Source: Octopus sinensis (taxonomy: Eukaryota). Taken from it: DNA of 64,000 bases. Each line of letters opens with the position of its first letter. Within the stretch, counting starts at the first letter, position 1. Under the pieces are notes generated by a model. It ran no database searches. It was not told the origin of the DNA and saw only the letters and a program-made list of their open reading frames with translations. The position numbers and the translations under genes are program-made. Shown piece by piece: positions 40,603 to 55,210 of this stretch. The DNA lies in contig NC_043001.1 of the NCBI RefSeq assembly GCF_006345805.1, positions 106,268,001 to 106,332,000 of the forward strand. The letters are read 5' to 3'.

Positions 40603-41264
40603 ATTAATAATAGCTCTGGACTAAATAACAGCAAGAATGTACACTAAGAAGATCTCTCCACAAAACATACTTAATCCAATAACATGGGTGCAATGGAAGG
40701 AAAACTTCGCGATACAATTATGGGAAAAGTTCTTTGAAAGTAAAGGAACTAAAACATCGGAAAGATTTTTCTTTGATAGTGTAGTGTGCTTCTTAAAAGC
40801 GTGATACCTCATTGTGACAAGACGACGAAAGCAGCAGGTGAAACCCTGGAAAAACACACAAAACACACCAACTACACAGTAAGTACATAACTTGAATAAT
40901 TATCTGTACATGACTGTCCATACGTCCATATGCACATGCTAATATTTACAAGTTACATAAATAATGGCTACACGACACACATGTAGACATAGGAAATTTT
41001 TTAAAATCATGCCGAACAAAACAGAGACAAAGCGACTTCCCAAATCAATCACTCTGTTTAAAATATCCCTAAAACATTATACCCGGAAACAATATGATTC
41101 TTTTGTCATACCTTCTGAGCCTTTGGGCTTTCAGTTCTATTCGTTGTAAAGCCCGCATTATGCCCGGAAACAAAAAAAATATAGGCGCTTTTGGATCTAT
41201 CAGTACGATATGACAAATACATCCATTCGAAGAACAAATAAGCGGTGTCGTGTCAAAAAGTCAA

Positions 41265-43390
41265 CCCTGAACAAACAGATCCGTCTCTTATTGTCACCGC
41301 TAATGCTTTAATGACATGCCAAAACTCATGCCGGATCGGGCATCGTCCGGGACAAGGACCGTGTTACCCAGTGAGGAACCAGACTGGGGTCGAAAAGTCT
41401 GCTGCTTGAACAAACTCTCTAAAAAGACTAACTATCAGGTAACCAGAACCAGGATAAGCTTAACAGTAGACCTGTAGTGATACTACTAAAAACACCACCT
41501 AAATCAAAACGCATAAAAAGAACTGGAGAGTATTATAGAGATGGGATGAAAGCTTTCTATACAGCCCAACGAAATCTAAGGAATAAGCTCATTGTACAAA
41601 CATACGCGTCATGGGGAAACTTAATAGGCAGCGAAGTACGCAGTTATATAGACACTAATAAATTAAAGTAATGTGTGCAGATACGTCATTAAGAATAAAA
41701 GGTTAACTGGTTAACTGACGCTCAAATTAGCCAAATTATCACCAGATGAAAACAGCAACAATGCAGATAAATTAGTTAAGATGCACGGAACCCAGTGTAC
41801 GAGCAGTACATCCCCACGAAGAAGCTGAAGAAAGAATAATGAAGAAAAGATATGGAGAAAGTAGACCTGCGTGAAGAACACTCGAATAGATATGATACAG
41901 AATTCGAGGTGAATGATAAAGAGAAGATCATGAAAGCAAAAGAAGATATTATGAGAGAATTCAGCAAGACTGAGTCTACTGACATGATCAATAGAGAACC
42001 GCTACGAAATTTATCAAACACCATAAAAAAACCAACATAATCATGATATATATAATGTTGCTCTTGGACAGATCTTAAGAAATAAAGAAAATGATTTAAC
42101 AACTGTATATAACCCCATCTATTCCACTGCTTAAGTTGTAACTACTCAATTAGGTATCATTACGAAATAAAAGGACTAACCGTGTCAATAGACCTCCTAA
42201 GTAGAAAATAGCAATACAAAAAGAGATTGAATCTCCGCGGGCAGATGAATCAGTTCTCGATGAACTTTCTAGAAGAGTAAATGTTAAGACGAAGCGAGCT
42301 AGATAAATCAAACAAAAATATAAAACCAAAGAGTTTATAAACCTTCCTGCAAGCAAGGAACTATTGAAACAACGAATATAGCTGAAATCCCAACGGCTTA
42401 GAAAGTCTGATAAAAGAATTATATTTTATTGACTAAACAAGATATTCAAGATGGATGCAAAGACATTTTAAAGGGAAATTGGCAAAAATAAGATAGAAGT
42501 AAAGGAGCCACCTAAGACTGAGGAAATGGAAGAGTTCCTGAAGAAGATATGGAGCAACAAAAAAGAATCTGATTCTAAAGCTGACTGGATAGAACATGAG
42601 AAAGTCAGACGGGATGAAGAGTCAATAGGGGCAGAAATTCTCATAAATGGAAAAATTCTAGGACTGGACCGGATCCCTAATTCCTGCCTGAATTGTTTCA
42701 CAGAAGTACACCAACATTTTGCGAATTCAAAAATCGTCACGATAGGGTAGGACAGTATTTACTTTGGAAAATATGTAAACACTACAAAATGAGTACCCCT
42801 GGTTACTGGTATGAACATCATCCTAAGTCAGTCATTGAAGGTAAAAATGTTACCATTCTCTGGAATTTTACAGGCGACACCGACAGAACGGTCCAAGTTA
42901 ATCGACAAGACATAGTTGTAGACTAACAGATATAAGTGTTCCAACTAAAAAAAAAAACATATCTGTAAAGGAATTTGACAAATTAAGTAAATATAAGGAT
43001 CTGGAAATTGAAATACAAAAGATATGGCATCTGAAAACGAGAACTGTTCTTGTTATTGTAGGTGACCTAGGTATGATAAGAAAGGAATATCAGAAACATC
43101 TAGATAATATTACAGAAGAACAATCTCTCAATGTCTCAGAGAAATCCAAAATATTTTGCTGACAAGTGCTGCCCACATCCTTAGAAGAACCCTATTAATT
43201 TAAATGTCTGTGTTGTATTACATGAAATTATTTCGCTGCTGCCCTTCCAATTCCCCTTCTCACGCTTTTAGTCATAATGTAACTTCTCTTCTCCTTCATT
43301 CGCCATTGGATGCTGCTTGTTTATGGGCAAGTGATTGTAACAAAGATGCAGATTAAAAGAAAAAAAAAATAATAATAATAATCAATAATA
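41265..43390 (+). mobile_element. R4/Dong-like non-LTR retrotransposon, internally deleted and degenerate
   Basis: Remnants MEEFLKKIWSNKKE..ADWIE and HDRVGQYLLWKICKHY..WYEHHPKSVIEGKNVTILWNF..DRTVQVNRQDIVVD (restriction-like endonuclease). Ends in (AAT)n. The 5' boundary is approximate. Confidence 0.8.
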
Positions 43391-43399
43391 ATACAAGTA

Positions 43400-43545
43400 A
43401 TGGGGGAGGAGGAATGATGCAGGTTGAATTGTGCTATAAGACCTCCACAGTAGCAATGAACAGATACTTATCTAATATGGAGGACTGGACGCCGCGACTT
43501 GCGTGTAAACACGGGAGCAACAAAAAATCACATTCGATTGTCCCT
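43400..43545 (+). mobile_element. Additional R4/Dong-like RT C-terminal fragment
   Basis: GGMMQVELCYKTSTVAMNRYLSNMEDW...KHGSNKKSHSIV resembles the R4-clade post-RT region. Confidence 0.45.
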
Positions 43546-43729
43546 TAGTGGCAGACGATATGCGCATCTCTGATCACGAGCAGAAGTGGTGGGAAGCAAC
43601 ATAGCTATGTGTTGAGAGAAATTCTTTGGGATTTGAATAATTTACCTCTAGAAACACGAGTGTTTCGATCAACAGCCTTAAACATTCCTTATTAAGCGTC
43701 CCTTTGAACATGGTGAGCCACTGAACATG

Positions 43730-43923
43730 AAGAAAATTCTAACTGGGCCCCACTGCAAGGTCATGTGCTGATTATCTTGATATGAGATCACCATGTCGCA
43801 CACATATGGTTGTGATGCATGTGCCTAGTGTACCCTTATCAGACGGGTAGTCGTGATGGGTATACTGAGTTTCGTATATTTTACCCCAGTGCCACTTTGA
43901 TGGCATGCACTGCTCTCTCACTC

Positions 43924-43958
<35 letters not shown>

Positions 43959-43960
43959 TT
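43730..43960 (+). mobile_element. Short interspersed repeat 3' part with (AAT)n tail
   Basis: Non-coding GC-moderate block ending 'gcactgctctctcactcaataataataat'; family not identified. Confidence 0.45.
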
Positions 43961-44184
43961 TATTTCTTCATAGCCCTCAGGGAGCTAAACATAGAGGAGA
44001 CAGACAAGGGGATTAAGTCGATTACATCGACCCCAGCGATTAACTGGTACTTATTTAATCGAGCCCGAAAGGATGAAAGGCAAAGTCAACCCCGACGGGA
44101 TTTGAACTCAGACCATAAAGACAGGCGAAATACTGCTACGCATTTCGTCCGGTGTGCTAACATTTCTGCCAGCTCACCGCCTTC
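43957..44184 (-). mobile_element. tRNA-derived SINE (family A)
   Basis: Matches 7205-7434. Confidence 0.8.
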
Positions 44185-44219
44185 GGTTAATAATAATAAT
44201 GATAATAATAATAATAATA

Positions 44220-44253
<34 letters not shown>

Positions 44254-46141
44254 TGTAAATGATGGGGAGGTTAATAATAATCAATTCTCATATGTTTTTA
44301 TTTATTTTAGTGTCCAGGGAAACTGCAAAACATACTTTGGAATAGAAGTACTTCATATATTTAGGAGTGTTATACGCAATTATTAATATCGACAGATAAG
44401 TGACAGTATAGAATTGCACATATTTGTAAAGTATACTTGAATAATTATCAGTTTGTAACAACATTTACACTTTATTAATAATCATTTATTACTCTGCGTG
44501 TTTCACAGGTCACATTTTATCTAAATCCCTCCTGGAAAGATCACATATATTAATAATAATAATATACTAAGTCAGTTCAGTCGTCCACGCCGCCTTCATT
44601 TGTACAGCCTGGCGTATTAATATCCATCTCCCTCTTCCGTTTGTAGATATAGAATATACGTCTCAATTATATTCATGAGTGCGTAGCATCAACTCTCATA
44701 TTTCTAAAAGGTTTTACGGTAGAAGACACTAACTAAGAGAAAAAGGAGAACCCGAGGGAAATTAATAGATATTAATGCTAGATAAATGGCTTCAGCGATT
44801 CAAAATAACAAATCGTCACTGACGCAACAATTTTAATGAAAAACAAACAAAATCTTTCACCGTGCAAACTTTGTCCTTGCGTTAACTGTCACCATGATAT
44901 TCATGGAATTAAAAATTATGGCACCAAGATTTCGGGATTAGTCTTGCAGTAGTAATCACCAATTTCAGTTACTCTTTACTCTTTAAATATTTTGAAATAA
45001 CAATGTAAATATCAGTTGCATTTCGAAACAATTATTATTTTCTTTATAATACATCCATTACTGTCTAGAGAGAGAGAGATGGAAAATTTAATTTAAAATG
45101 ATGCGTAGTATTACATTTCAATATGAAAATCTATAGGTTATCAGTGAGTAGCATTCAATTAATACTTCAACAAGATTTACTGAAGTTAAAGATTTACAGA
45201 TTAGGATTCTTCTCGGAAATTGTCAGCTTGTGAGTGATTAAATGGCTGAGCAATATCATAGTGGCACAACATTAAACCCAGTACAAATATTACTCCGGAA
45301 TACACATCCAATTACACAGTAAATCCATTAAAGCTACGACAGCCAAATTCATGTATATTTCAAGACTTTCTACTGAAATCAGTTGAGAAACTTACGATGC
45401 ACTTCATTGCAGATCTGACATTTTGATGTTATCCATCAAGGGAATCCGGTGAACTTTGTCATAAGTTTTAAAATAAGATGGAACTGAATTTCCTGAGGTC
45501 ATAATTATGAATTAGAGAAAAGCGCAATTTAAGCTTGTCAAATAATAAATAATAGATATACTTTTCTAAGTCACACGTTTCAATGCTTATACATCCTTTT
45601 TTAAGAAACATCTCGAATTATTAAGAAACATCTTTCATTATTTAGAATGCATCTTACATTGTATGCTGTTCGCCTCTTTTAATTTTGTTCAACTTGAGGT
45701 TTCTAGCAACGTTATATTATTTCTTAGATCTTATAAATTAGATATTATTTCTTATTGTAATTATGAAAGTTACTCCACAACAGAAACGTTTTGCTACCCA
45801 TTTTCCATTTGCTTACGTCGCATATAGAACTGGAGACAAATTGGGGAGAATCTTGCCCAAGACTACTGTTGAAGATAAAATATATTGTTTGCTGTGGTAT
45901 TTTAATTCGTGAGAATTTTGACAACTGCAAACTACCTTTGCTTCTCATTCGTAATTAGCAGACATCACCATATGTTTAATATTTTAGCACCTCCCGAATC
46001 AAAGGTTATTTCAATAAATCAATAATCTTCCTTGTAAATATTTATGATTTATAATTTCACTTGATGTATTGTATATCGCTTACCGACCTTCACAACGTGT
46101 TTATATAACGTATCCGTCCCACACGACTTCAAAAATTCATC

Positions 46142-46690
46142 TCACAGATTACCCAATCTCTCTGCTTTCTCTATCTCTTCAAGCTCCTGAGCATGACGAC
46201 CATTATTAGTATTACTAAAACGATTACATGGTATTTTAGCCAGGATGTCTATAGCAAAAACCCCGAATCTGGAGGGTCGATGTGTATACTTTAGTCTGAC
46301 TCCTCCTCTTCGACCAAACCAGCAAGGGGAACACGTCCCCCAGTGGCACATGCTCAAGGGATCGTAAGAGTACGCAAGCCTCCCCGCCACGTCAAGGCGA
46401 CACACATGAGCCCATACATGTTCAGATTAGATGAAGCAAATGGAGATGGATCGGATACACACTGCGGAAAGAACCCTGAAATGTGACACAAGAAGCACTT
46501 GACTGGAACCCGCTGGGGGAAAAGAAAGCGAGGACGCCCGAAGCAGACAGGGAAGCGGAGCGTTTTGGACGAGCTCAGGACCACCGGCCTAACAGGGGAA
46601 GCAGCCAAGAAACACACCAATGACCGCAAAAAGTGGAAAACATCTGTTCAGGCCCTATGCTCCACAAGGGGCAAAAAGGATTAAGAATGT
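46142..46690 (+). mobile_element. RTE-clade non-autonomous derivative (5' UTR-like part joined to RT C-terminus)
   Basis: KWRWIGYTLRK...ALDWNPLGKRKRGRPK...NDRKKWKTSVQALCSTRGKKD* is an RTE C-terminus. Upstream 'gtacgcaagcctccccgccacgtcaagg' resembles RTE 5' UTR ends. The 5' boundary is approximate. Confidence 0.75.
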
Positions 46691-48299
46691 AATGCAGCCG
46701 ATTGATATGTTATACTTTGTACTTTTACTGCCTATATTAGAAAACAATTTCTATTGCAATTATAGCCTTCCATACCTGAGTATATCATACATCAGTCTAT
46801 ATATCCCTTACAATTGTGAATAAAGAAGTGATACAGACCTGAAGAAAAGAAATGCGACCTTCGTAGCTTTATAACATGTATTCCATATATGAGTGTTTTT
46901 GTCTGTGTGTGCGTATGATACAAGTTAAATAATATCAGTTGAAACTCAGGTGCTATAATTTTATAATTGTATAACTGAAATGCTATACAGTTAGTTTCAC
47001 ACTAAGATGTTATTTATAGCAAAAGGGGAAAATGTTGTCAAAGAAAATATCATAGTTATTATTTGCTGTGTATGCATTAAAGTGTTGACCAGGCATTAGT
47101 AATTTAATCTGAATAATTTACTCAAAAAACTGAATTCTAATTTACTTTTACATAGAACTTATTTTTGCTTTTAATCTGACACAAACTGCTCGAAATTTCC
47201 TTGGTAATTTGGCACAAAGTTTCCGGCAAAACAGAACAAATTGTTACAGCAGACTGCGTTATAAAATATTCTTGGTAATCTGATAAAAGCCTCACTAATG
47301 GAAAGATGTTCAATTTGAATAGCTAAAAAAATAGAAAATAAACAACTCAAGGGCTTCATAATATGTTAAAATTTCTTTTCAAATGTCTTTGCGGCTTTTT
47401 TCATCGTTAGCATTACATTTAACGACAGTCTAATAACATGAAAACTTCAATTAAATGAGTCATGCAACTTTCTCGATAGAAACTATGTTTCTTTCATGTT
47501 TTTTGTTCATTTTCTGGCTTTTATTGAGGCTGCTTGTTATTTTATTGATGCCATCAATTCCAGTTAACACAAGTAAATTCAGTGCTTACTTACAAATTCC
47601 AACTTCTTTCGGTTAGAATTGCTTTTCAGTGAGCACTCTATGTAATTAAGTAGCGGTTACCATACAACAACGGCTTAGAACGATTTGTAACAATTCAAAT
47701 GTTGTATACAGGATAAATGAGAACACTGTCTGAAACATAATACAATTTAACAAATGAAGTTTTACTACAACATTTTATATGTAAATACTTCCACTCGTTG
47801 TAAGATAGAAATTTACTAGCACCGCAGATAACCATGAAATCTTGAGGAACCTATTTTAAATCATGATTTCTTGCTTCTAGCCAATTCGCTTCGCTAACAA
47901 AACTAATAGTCTCAAGAATCTTATTTCTTGCCTGATTGTTGACGATTTTGGCCTAAATTATCCGTTGCCACTATTCACAATTTACAAGATGATGACCACC
48001 GTCATGATTGTGACGATAACATTGATTGTTAGATGTTAATTATTAAGATGAAGATGCTGCCGTCAGACATCATCCTAACTATTGTTGTCACGAGTAGTGC
48101 TAATAAAACAATATCTTCAATAATTTAAACATTAACGGATGGCATATTAATCATTGTAACTTGTTTCTTTTCAACTGATTATTCTCAAACCTCCTCGTCT
48201 CATTATTATCATCGTTATCGTTTCTGTTAGACTAACATGATCATCATACCACCATTATCATCATCATCATCATCATCATCATTATTATTGATTTACTTC

Positions 48300-49215
48300 T
48301 CATAGCCCTCGGTCTTGTTTGCTCTGGTAGATTCTGTGAGAGTGGACAGCAGCCTGCTGTCACTGGTCTCACGGGGTCTCTTTCCACACATTATAACCTT
48401 TGATATTTAGTTGTTAAATATTGTGAGATACATTCATCAGCCAAGTACCAATCGCAAAATCCTAGCTGTCCTCAGCAGAGCCGTTTGGGGGGCACAACAG
48501 ATTAGACTGCATGAAAAGAAAAATCTTAAAATCGGGCAACAAAAGTAACCTTAGATGCCAAGAACCCTTCAAAATATCGTGGCTGTCTCTAATAACACTG
48601 TTTCCTGGAGCTGTACTAAACTGGGTTTTATGGCTATTTCCTCTATCCATCTGTTGAAATCTTTAGGGATAGTCCCTAATAAACCTATAACTACTGAGAT
48701 AAATTTTACCCACACTTTCCATAGTTTCTCTAAATCAATGCCAAGGTCATAGTATTTTCCTATTTTCTTTAAACCTCTCATATTGATTCTTTCATCATTT
48801 GTGACTGTAAAGTGAATTTCTGGCATTTTCTATTCTCTTTACTACTACTAAATCAATCCTTCTAGATTATATTGCACTGTCAGTTTGAACATTAAAGTCC
48901 TACAACATCTTATATTTCATACATTCTAGTACTTTACTAGGTTCACGTTCATACCCTTTATCAGTATGGTCAAAGTCTAGCTTTCTGCATGACCACCATT
49001 GAGTTACTCTCACTAGATTGTCATGACTTTTATTGTATTTTTCTGTGCCAGCATGCTATGTTCACTTACTATATGAGTAACATATTACTGTTTTGATTTG
49101 TATAAACGACATTGGTAATCCACTTGGTCTTTGCCTGGTTTTTATCCAATTAGTCCTCAATGCTTGATCTTTTGCTGCTATTAACAACATTCTACGTACT
49201 TTTCCGGCCTTGCTT
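48300..49215 (-). mobile_element. R4/Dong-like element, 3' fragment (Zn-knuckle region plus restriction-like endonuclease)
   Basis: LIAAKDQALRTNWIK...SHDNLV...DFNVQTD...RRIDLVVV and KYYDLGIDLEKLW..KFISVVIGLLGTIPK..LQETVLLETATI. Bounded by (TTA)n and (CAT/ATT)n. Confidence 0.8.
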
Positions 49216-49559
49216 ATTATTATTATTATTATTGTTATTATTATTATTATTATTATCTGTAAAGAATAAAAAGTTTTGAATGGTACAACAATGCACTAAA
49301 ATACAAACAAGTGGCTGTATACCTGTTGTAATTAGTCACCCATAGTTTGACGAAGTTCCTACTTAGACGAAGTTCCTACTATAATCGGTTTTCCAACGGC
49401 TCATCTTTCGGAAGTGTCTCAGCAGTGGTCTCACGAATTCCTCAAGAGACGTGCGTGAGGTCAGCCATGTCTCAATCTCGGAAGTAATAATTACTCAAAT
49501 TAAGGACATTCCTAATGTATGTATGTATATATATATATATAAATGTGTGTATGTGCATA

Positions 49560-49740
49560 TATATGTGTGTGTGTGTGTGTTTTCGTTCCCATAACGTAGC
49601 GTTTCAGCAAACAAGACCGATAGAATAAGTAACAAATATTCAACAGCATTGCGGTTGATTCATTCGCTTAATAAAATTTCAAGCCGGCTTCCCAACATGA
49701 CCACCAATCTAATGATTGAAACAAGTAAATGAAAGAAAGG
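49560..49740 (+). mobile_element. SINE family C, 3' half, degenerate
   Basis: 'cagcaaacaagaccgatagaataagta...aatgattgaaacaagtaaa'. Confidence 0.6.
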
Positions 49741-50575
49741 AAAACTTTCCTTTTTAATATATATGCTGCCTCGGAAACATAATATTTCCTTTTTAAACCA
49801 CTCCACATCGTTTCTTCTATAATTTTCTCAATAACCAGTCTATATCTTCCTCAACTTTGGAGCCATTATGTTGTTAGTGAACAATAACCGAAAAAGAAAA
49901 CATTCTCTTTTGCAATTTTCTTTCTTTAAAGAAATAAACATGGGATTTAAATTGGTTCCATTAGTTAAACAGAAACTTTTAGTAGTGTCTTATTTAGTCA
50001 CGCCTTGGTTGCTCTAACATCAATGATTTCACGGTTACGTTTCTTTAAAAGCATTTGTTTACACATGTGTATCATTTATATCATTTTAAACTCCGAAAAT
50101 TAAATAAAGAATATCCGTCTACAATTATTGCTTATATATTCTGACTTTAGCGCAACACATTATTGCGTCCATTCCTCTGAAACGTCTTAAATGTCGGTCT
50201 TAATAAATTTGGCAGTTGAGGAATGAAATTCCATTGAAGCTGTATACTAATTCTCTAATCATAATAAAACACTTTTCAGACGAAAGTGAAATTCACAGGA
50301 AAGAGGAAATATGAGATGCATTTGTTATATATGTGTGTGTGAATGTGTGTGTGTGTATGTTGGTTCTCTATTGGAAAGATTCACCTCTTGTACCTACAAA
50401 TGCTTTCTTAGCATGATTTCTTCAATGACATTGGCACCTTGAAGGTCGTCTGAAGAACTGATCAGATATACGGCAGCAACGTCCCAGTTCAATATAGACT
50501 CTATTCTACGCTTTTTTATTATAATGTTCAAGTGCTACTTTAATCTTCCTCGTGACTTTCAGGATATTTTACAGA

Positions 50576-50626
<51 letters not shown>

Positions 50627-50791
50627 ATCATATTTCTTTTGTACTTACAAATTCGCATGTTATTCATTGAGCACTTCTATGTGGAATTGTACTTCCTCCA
50701 GGCAGCATAGTACTTACATTAGAGAAATAGTTACAGAATTGCTTATTTGCATATGCAAACATTGCACATGCATCTATGAATCTCTTTAAAA

Positions 50792-50833
<42 letters not shown>

Positions 50834-51048
50834 TTCTCTCAATATGAATAAATATCCTTTTTTTTAATGGTGGATCGCGAAGTAGACAACGCTATAAATA
50901 GTAGACAAATAAATAAATAAATTACCAATTGGTCAGCAAAAAACAGATTTTCCCGAACCAAAGACTTTTCACCTGATATTTACAGGCCATTGTAACTTTA
51001 TCTGCTTCACCATTTGATAGACGGAAGGTGAAAGAAGACCGTCGTATA

Positions 51049-51116
<68 letters not shown>

Positions 51117-51239
51117 TACGTAAATGTAGAACGTTAGAATTGGTGGATAAATAATTTCATTGTTTGCGAATTAAGTCTACCATTGGTTCCATGTTAAGAA
51201 GAGCAGGAAAATATCCAAGTAACTTAACAATTTTTCAAG

Positions 51240-51590
51240 CTCGTCACATGGAGAATGTTGTTCGCCCAGGGACTGAGATTCGCTTCCATCTGTGATGCAC
51301 CACACCCTCCGAACCATTGAACAAAGTGCTGGTGAAGGGCTTCTTACATCTGCCTGGAATCGCTCAGCTCGTGTCCGTCTTGATTTGTCAAAGAGAGAAT
51401 TGTAATTTTGTTACCACGTTGAGCCTCCGCCACGCGGGCCCATAAAGCAGCTTTTGTCCCTTCGTTTCTCAGAGCACGCGCCTTAACTCTGACAATGCGA
51501 CCTTCATGTTTCGCATTGAAGAAATGGTCTAATGCCGTTCTCGCTTCTAACATTCTCGGATGCAATGTCACTACAAAAATTCTCGACTAA
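51240..51590 (-). mobile_element. L1/Tx1-like ORF2 fragment (region between endonuclease and RT)
   Basis: GRIVRVKARALRNEGTKAALWARVAEAQRGNKITILSLTNQDG resembles the G..VR.R......GEK...EK.R...I..L...G tether motif. Confidence 0.6.
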
Positions 51591-51799
51591 CTTAGCTACT
51601 AGCTCCTCCTCCTTTCTATTTTTTCTAACGCTACTTCTTTGCTAAACCCTATCAAAATTACTCTGATCTCTTTTTTGAGATACCCACCCCCACCTGTTGT
51701 GGACGAGTCTCCTCCGTCAAATTTTGCTAAGATTCGGTTCCTGTACGCCTTACATACCGGAAACGACATATTTCGCGTCTTGTATAACCCAACGATCGA

Positions 51800-53560
51800 A
51801 TCTATCTTTTCGATTTCACACTAACAAGATTATTGAAACTCACAAGATTATTTGAACTGCAGCTATTGTTGCTGCAGTCAGATTCGGATACAAAAGAAAA
51901 CAAACAGAAAGTAAAGAACCATTCTGGTGTAGATGAATTTATGAGAAACAAAATTAAAAAGACATTTAGGACAGGTTGATGGATTAAGTAGAAGGGAATT
52001 GCAGAACGAAATCATAAGAATAATGCGAGAAAAAACATAGAGTAAGAGATAAAGAGCATGATGTGATATTAGAAGAATTGAAACAAAGAGTAGTAGCAAT
52101 CAAAGCAAAACTGGAAAGATATGACAATAGAAAAAGATAGTTCAGAAAAAAGACAGATTGTTTGAAGCAAATCAGAATAAACTATTTCAGAAATTAGATG
52201 GGAAATTACACGTAACAATGATAGCAGATGCAAAGGAAAGCAGAACATTCTGGAGATTGATCTGGGACCAGCCGGTAGAACATAATGGTGAAGCTGACTA
52301 GCTGCATGACATCCAAGATGTTAAGAAATATAGAAGGCCAAGACAACATAGAAATAACTACAGAGGTGATAAAAAAAAGCAGTTAACGTAACTCCCAAAT
52401 TTGAGGAACCCAGAACTGGATGGGGTCCAAGGATGATGAAGCTGAAAGAGCTCCATGAAAGGATAGCGCAACAGCTAGATAAGGGCTTGCAGAAAGGCGC
52501 ATAACCCAGCTGGATGACAAAGGGAAAGACATTATGTGCCAAAGATCCTTAAAAGGGAAATTTTGCATCCAAATTTAAACCTCTAACATACCTTCCGCTA
52601 ATGTGAACACTAATGTCAGGTGCTTTGGCTGGTGAACTATAGATACCGGGAAAACGGTGGTGTACTACCTATTGAACAGAAAGAGTGCCGAAAGAAGAGC
52701 CGCGGAACGAAGGATCGGCTCTTAATTGATAATATATTTATCAGGAACTGCAGAAGACACAAAAACCTCAGCATGGCATCGGTTGACTATAGTAAAGCAT
52801 ACGATATGATACCACACTCCTGGATAATAAAAACAATGGAAATTTCTAGAGTAGCTTAAAATATGAGAAGCCTCATACAGAATAGCATGAAATGTTGGAG
52901 AATGGAATTACCAGCAGGGACGCAATTATTAGGAGACATGAAAATCAAGAGATGAATCTTCCAAGGGGACAGTGTGTCCCCACAGATCAGGTAGCGAAAT
53001 TGCTACATTGGAAACTGCGAAAAGTAGAGGATAGAGTAAGACAAGAGTTGGTATGAACACAAACTGCAGAGTGGCTAAAATCATTTGTGAATTCCCAATC
53101 CTAACAGATCAGGCGCTAGAGCATAACAGACCGGACCTTGTTGTGGTGGACAAGGTGCAGCACATATGCTATATAGTTGAAGCTGCATGCCACTTTGATC
53201 CACGAAGAGTGAAGAAGGAAAGCGAAAAGATAGATAGAACCCTCGTAGGCACGAAATAGCCCGGCTATGGAAAATGAAGAAGGTGAAGATAGTGCCAATT
53301 GTTGTTGGGTCTTTGGGAAGAGTATCAGAAGGCATCAAGAGCAATATAAAGGAAATTGGAATAGAGTGCCCAGTAGAACTGCTAGAAAGGGTCTACCTCC
53401 TTGGAACGGCCAGTATAATCAGGTAATCAGGAAAATGATAGATAGCCGAAAAGGATGGATAACATCGTACCGTTAGCTGCAGGTAGCAAGCCCGCTACGC
53501 ATGCAAGATTCCAGGAGTTCAAACAAAACCTGTGATAAATAGAAAATAATAATAATAATG
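51800..53560 (+). mobile_element. R4/Dong-like non-LTR retrotransposon, internally deleted
   Basis: [22 protein letters not shown]...[19 protein letters not shown] (RT), then HNRPDLVVVDK...EAACHFD...EKID and VPIVVGSLG (restriction-like endonuclease). (AAT)n tail. Confidence 0.88.
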
Positions 53561-53569
53561 GTTCTAAGT

Positions 53570-53860
53570 TCAGTCCTACTACGTGGCACCTTCGGCCATG
53601 TCATAGCCTCGGACCGATCAAATCTTATGAGTGGATTTTTGTGTGCATATGTGTGTGTGTATCTGTGTTTATCTCTCACCACCGCTTGATGATCGGTTTT
53701 GGTGTGTTTACGTCCCCGTAAATTCAGCGATGGATCAAGCGATAACGCTAGAATAAATAAAAAGCTTACAAATTGCACTAGGTCCTATTCATTCAACTAA
53801 AATTTCGTAAAAGATAGTTGCCCCAGCATGACCACAATCTGAATGAAACAAGCGAAAGAC
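53570..53860 (+). mobile_element. SINE family C, degenerate
   Basis: 'ctacgtggcaccttcggc...gtgagtggattt...ggtgtgtttacgtccccgta...ccccagcatgaccaca'. Confidence 0.65.
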
Positions 53861-54974
53861 AGAAGAATAGATAAAGATAACATTTCAAGCCATCCATTGG
53901 ATGTAATTGATGAGAATAGAATCTCTAGAAATACTTGTATCTATAACGTTGTTTGCATTTCTCAGGTTTATTCTATATATTGAACAAATATCCGTTTCAT
54001 AATTGTACCCTTATAAGTAGGAACATATGACATATTTCACATTTATATTTCCTACAATTCCGTTGATTTTCATTTATTCTTTAATATTTCAGAAACATTT
54101 CAAATTAATATTTTTCTCTTCAATTTTAGAAATCACAAACCACAACATATATTGAATGCCAAATTAAATATCATTGCTTATTGTGTGTATTCTTCGCATT
54201 CATTGTATACACACATACACACACATATATTAATACAAAATCATATATACACACACATATATATAGCTGTATGTATGTCTTTGTGTGTGAGTGTGCCCGT
54301 GTGATTGTGCGTGTATGTGTATGTGAAACCAGCGATGCATATTAAATAGATGATATGTTGTATTTTCTGAATACCTGACAGCAGCTACGAATAGAAGATT
54401 TAAAACTTAATTTTAAACATCACATTCCACTTAAATATATAATATTTGTGTTGGATATATTTCAGCTTTTTCTTCTTTTTTTTCCTTCCTGACTATTACG
54501 TATGATATATTGATTTCCTAGCTGAAAAATATAATTTAATTAAATTAGATGAAAACAAAAATATATTGTCGTTCTTTAAAACCAACAGTGAAGCTAATTT
54601 CGAGAGTTTTTCTCGTACAGTATTATAAACTAATGCCTATATTCATCTTTATCAAAAACACGATTATCCATGGTTAAAAATTCCATCAATACAACCAGTT
54701 TATTTATTCAAATCCACATCACTTCTCTAAAATATATCTGGCCATATATTTGGTCACAAATATTATCTCATCACTTCATTTTAAATCGATATAGTGTAGA
54801 TTGTAACGGGATATTCATATCCCTGTGAAAGAGCAATTTTATCCTACATTAACTAGCTCCAGTTAGGTGACAGGAAGATGTTGAAGTAAGTATGACACAA
54901 CCTTAGAAAATGTATTCTGCATGCTATTCCAAAAAAGATTCCTGAAGAATGTTGGTATAAAAAACGATAAACGT

Positions 54975-55210
54975 CGCCCTTTTGAAGCCTAGCCAGGCTC
55001 ATGGGCCCGGTGTCCCGGTTTCTGTGGCGTATGTGCCCCCCCCCCAGCTGGACGGGACGCCAGTCCATCGCAGCGTTACTCAAGAAACAGTGAGAGAAAG
55101 TTGTGGTGAAAGAGTACAACAGGGGTCGCCACCATCCCCTGCCGGATGCTCGTGGAGCTTTTAGGTGTTTTCGCTCAATAAACACACACACAACGCCTCT
55201 ACCATGCCGT
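54975..55210 (-). mobile_element. SINE family B variant, 5'-truncated
   Basis: Shares 'gcctagccaggctcatgggccc...ccagctggacgggacgccagtccatc' with 11414-11648 and 'gtgagagaaagttgtggtgaaagagtac' with 1-174. Confidence 0.75.

Noticed and set aside
41330-41410. Possible ribozyme at the 5' end of the R4/Dong-like element (gtgagga...gaaa)
   Set aside because: C3 is missing and helices I and III do not pair in register; no HDV-like or twister fold could be assigned.
46830-46875. CTGAAGA motifs here and at ~50453 and ~57184
   Set aside because: No correctly placed GAAA or cleavage triplet with supporting helices.
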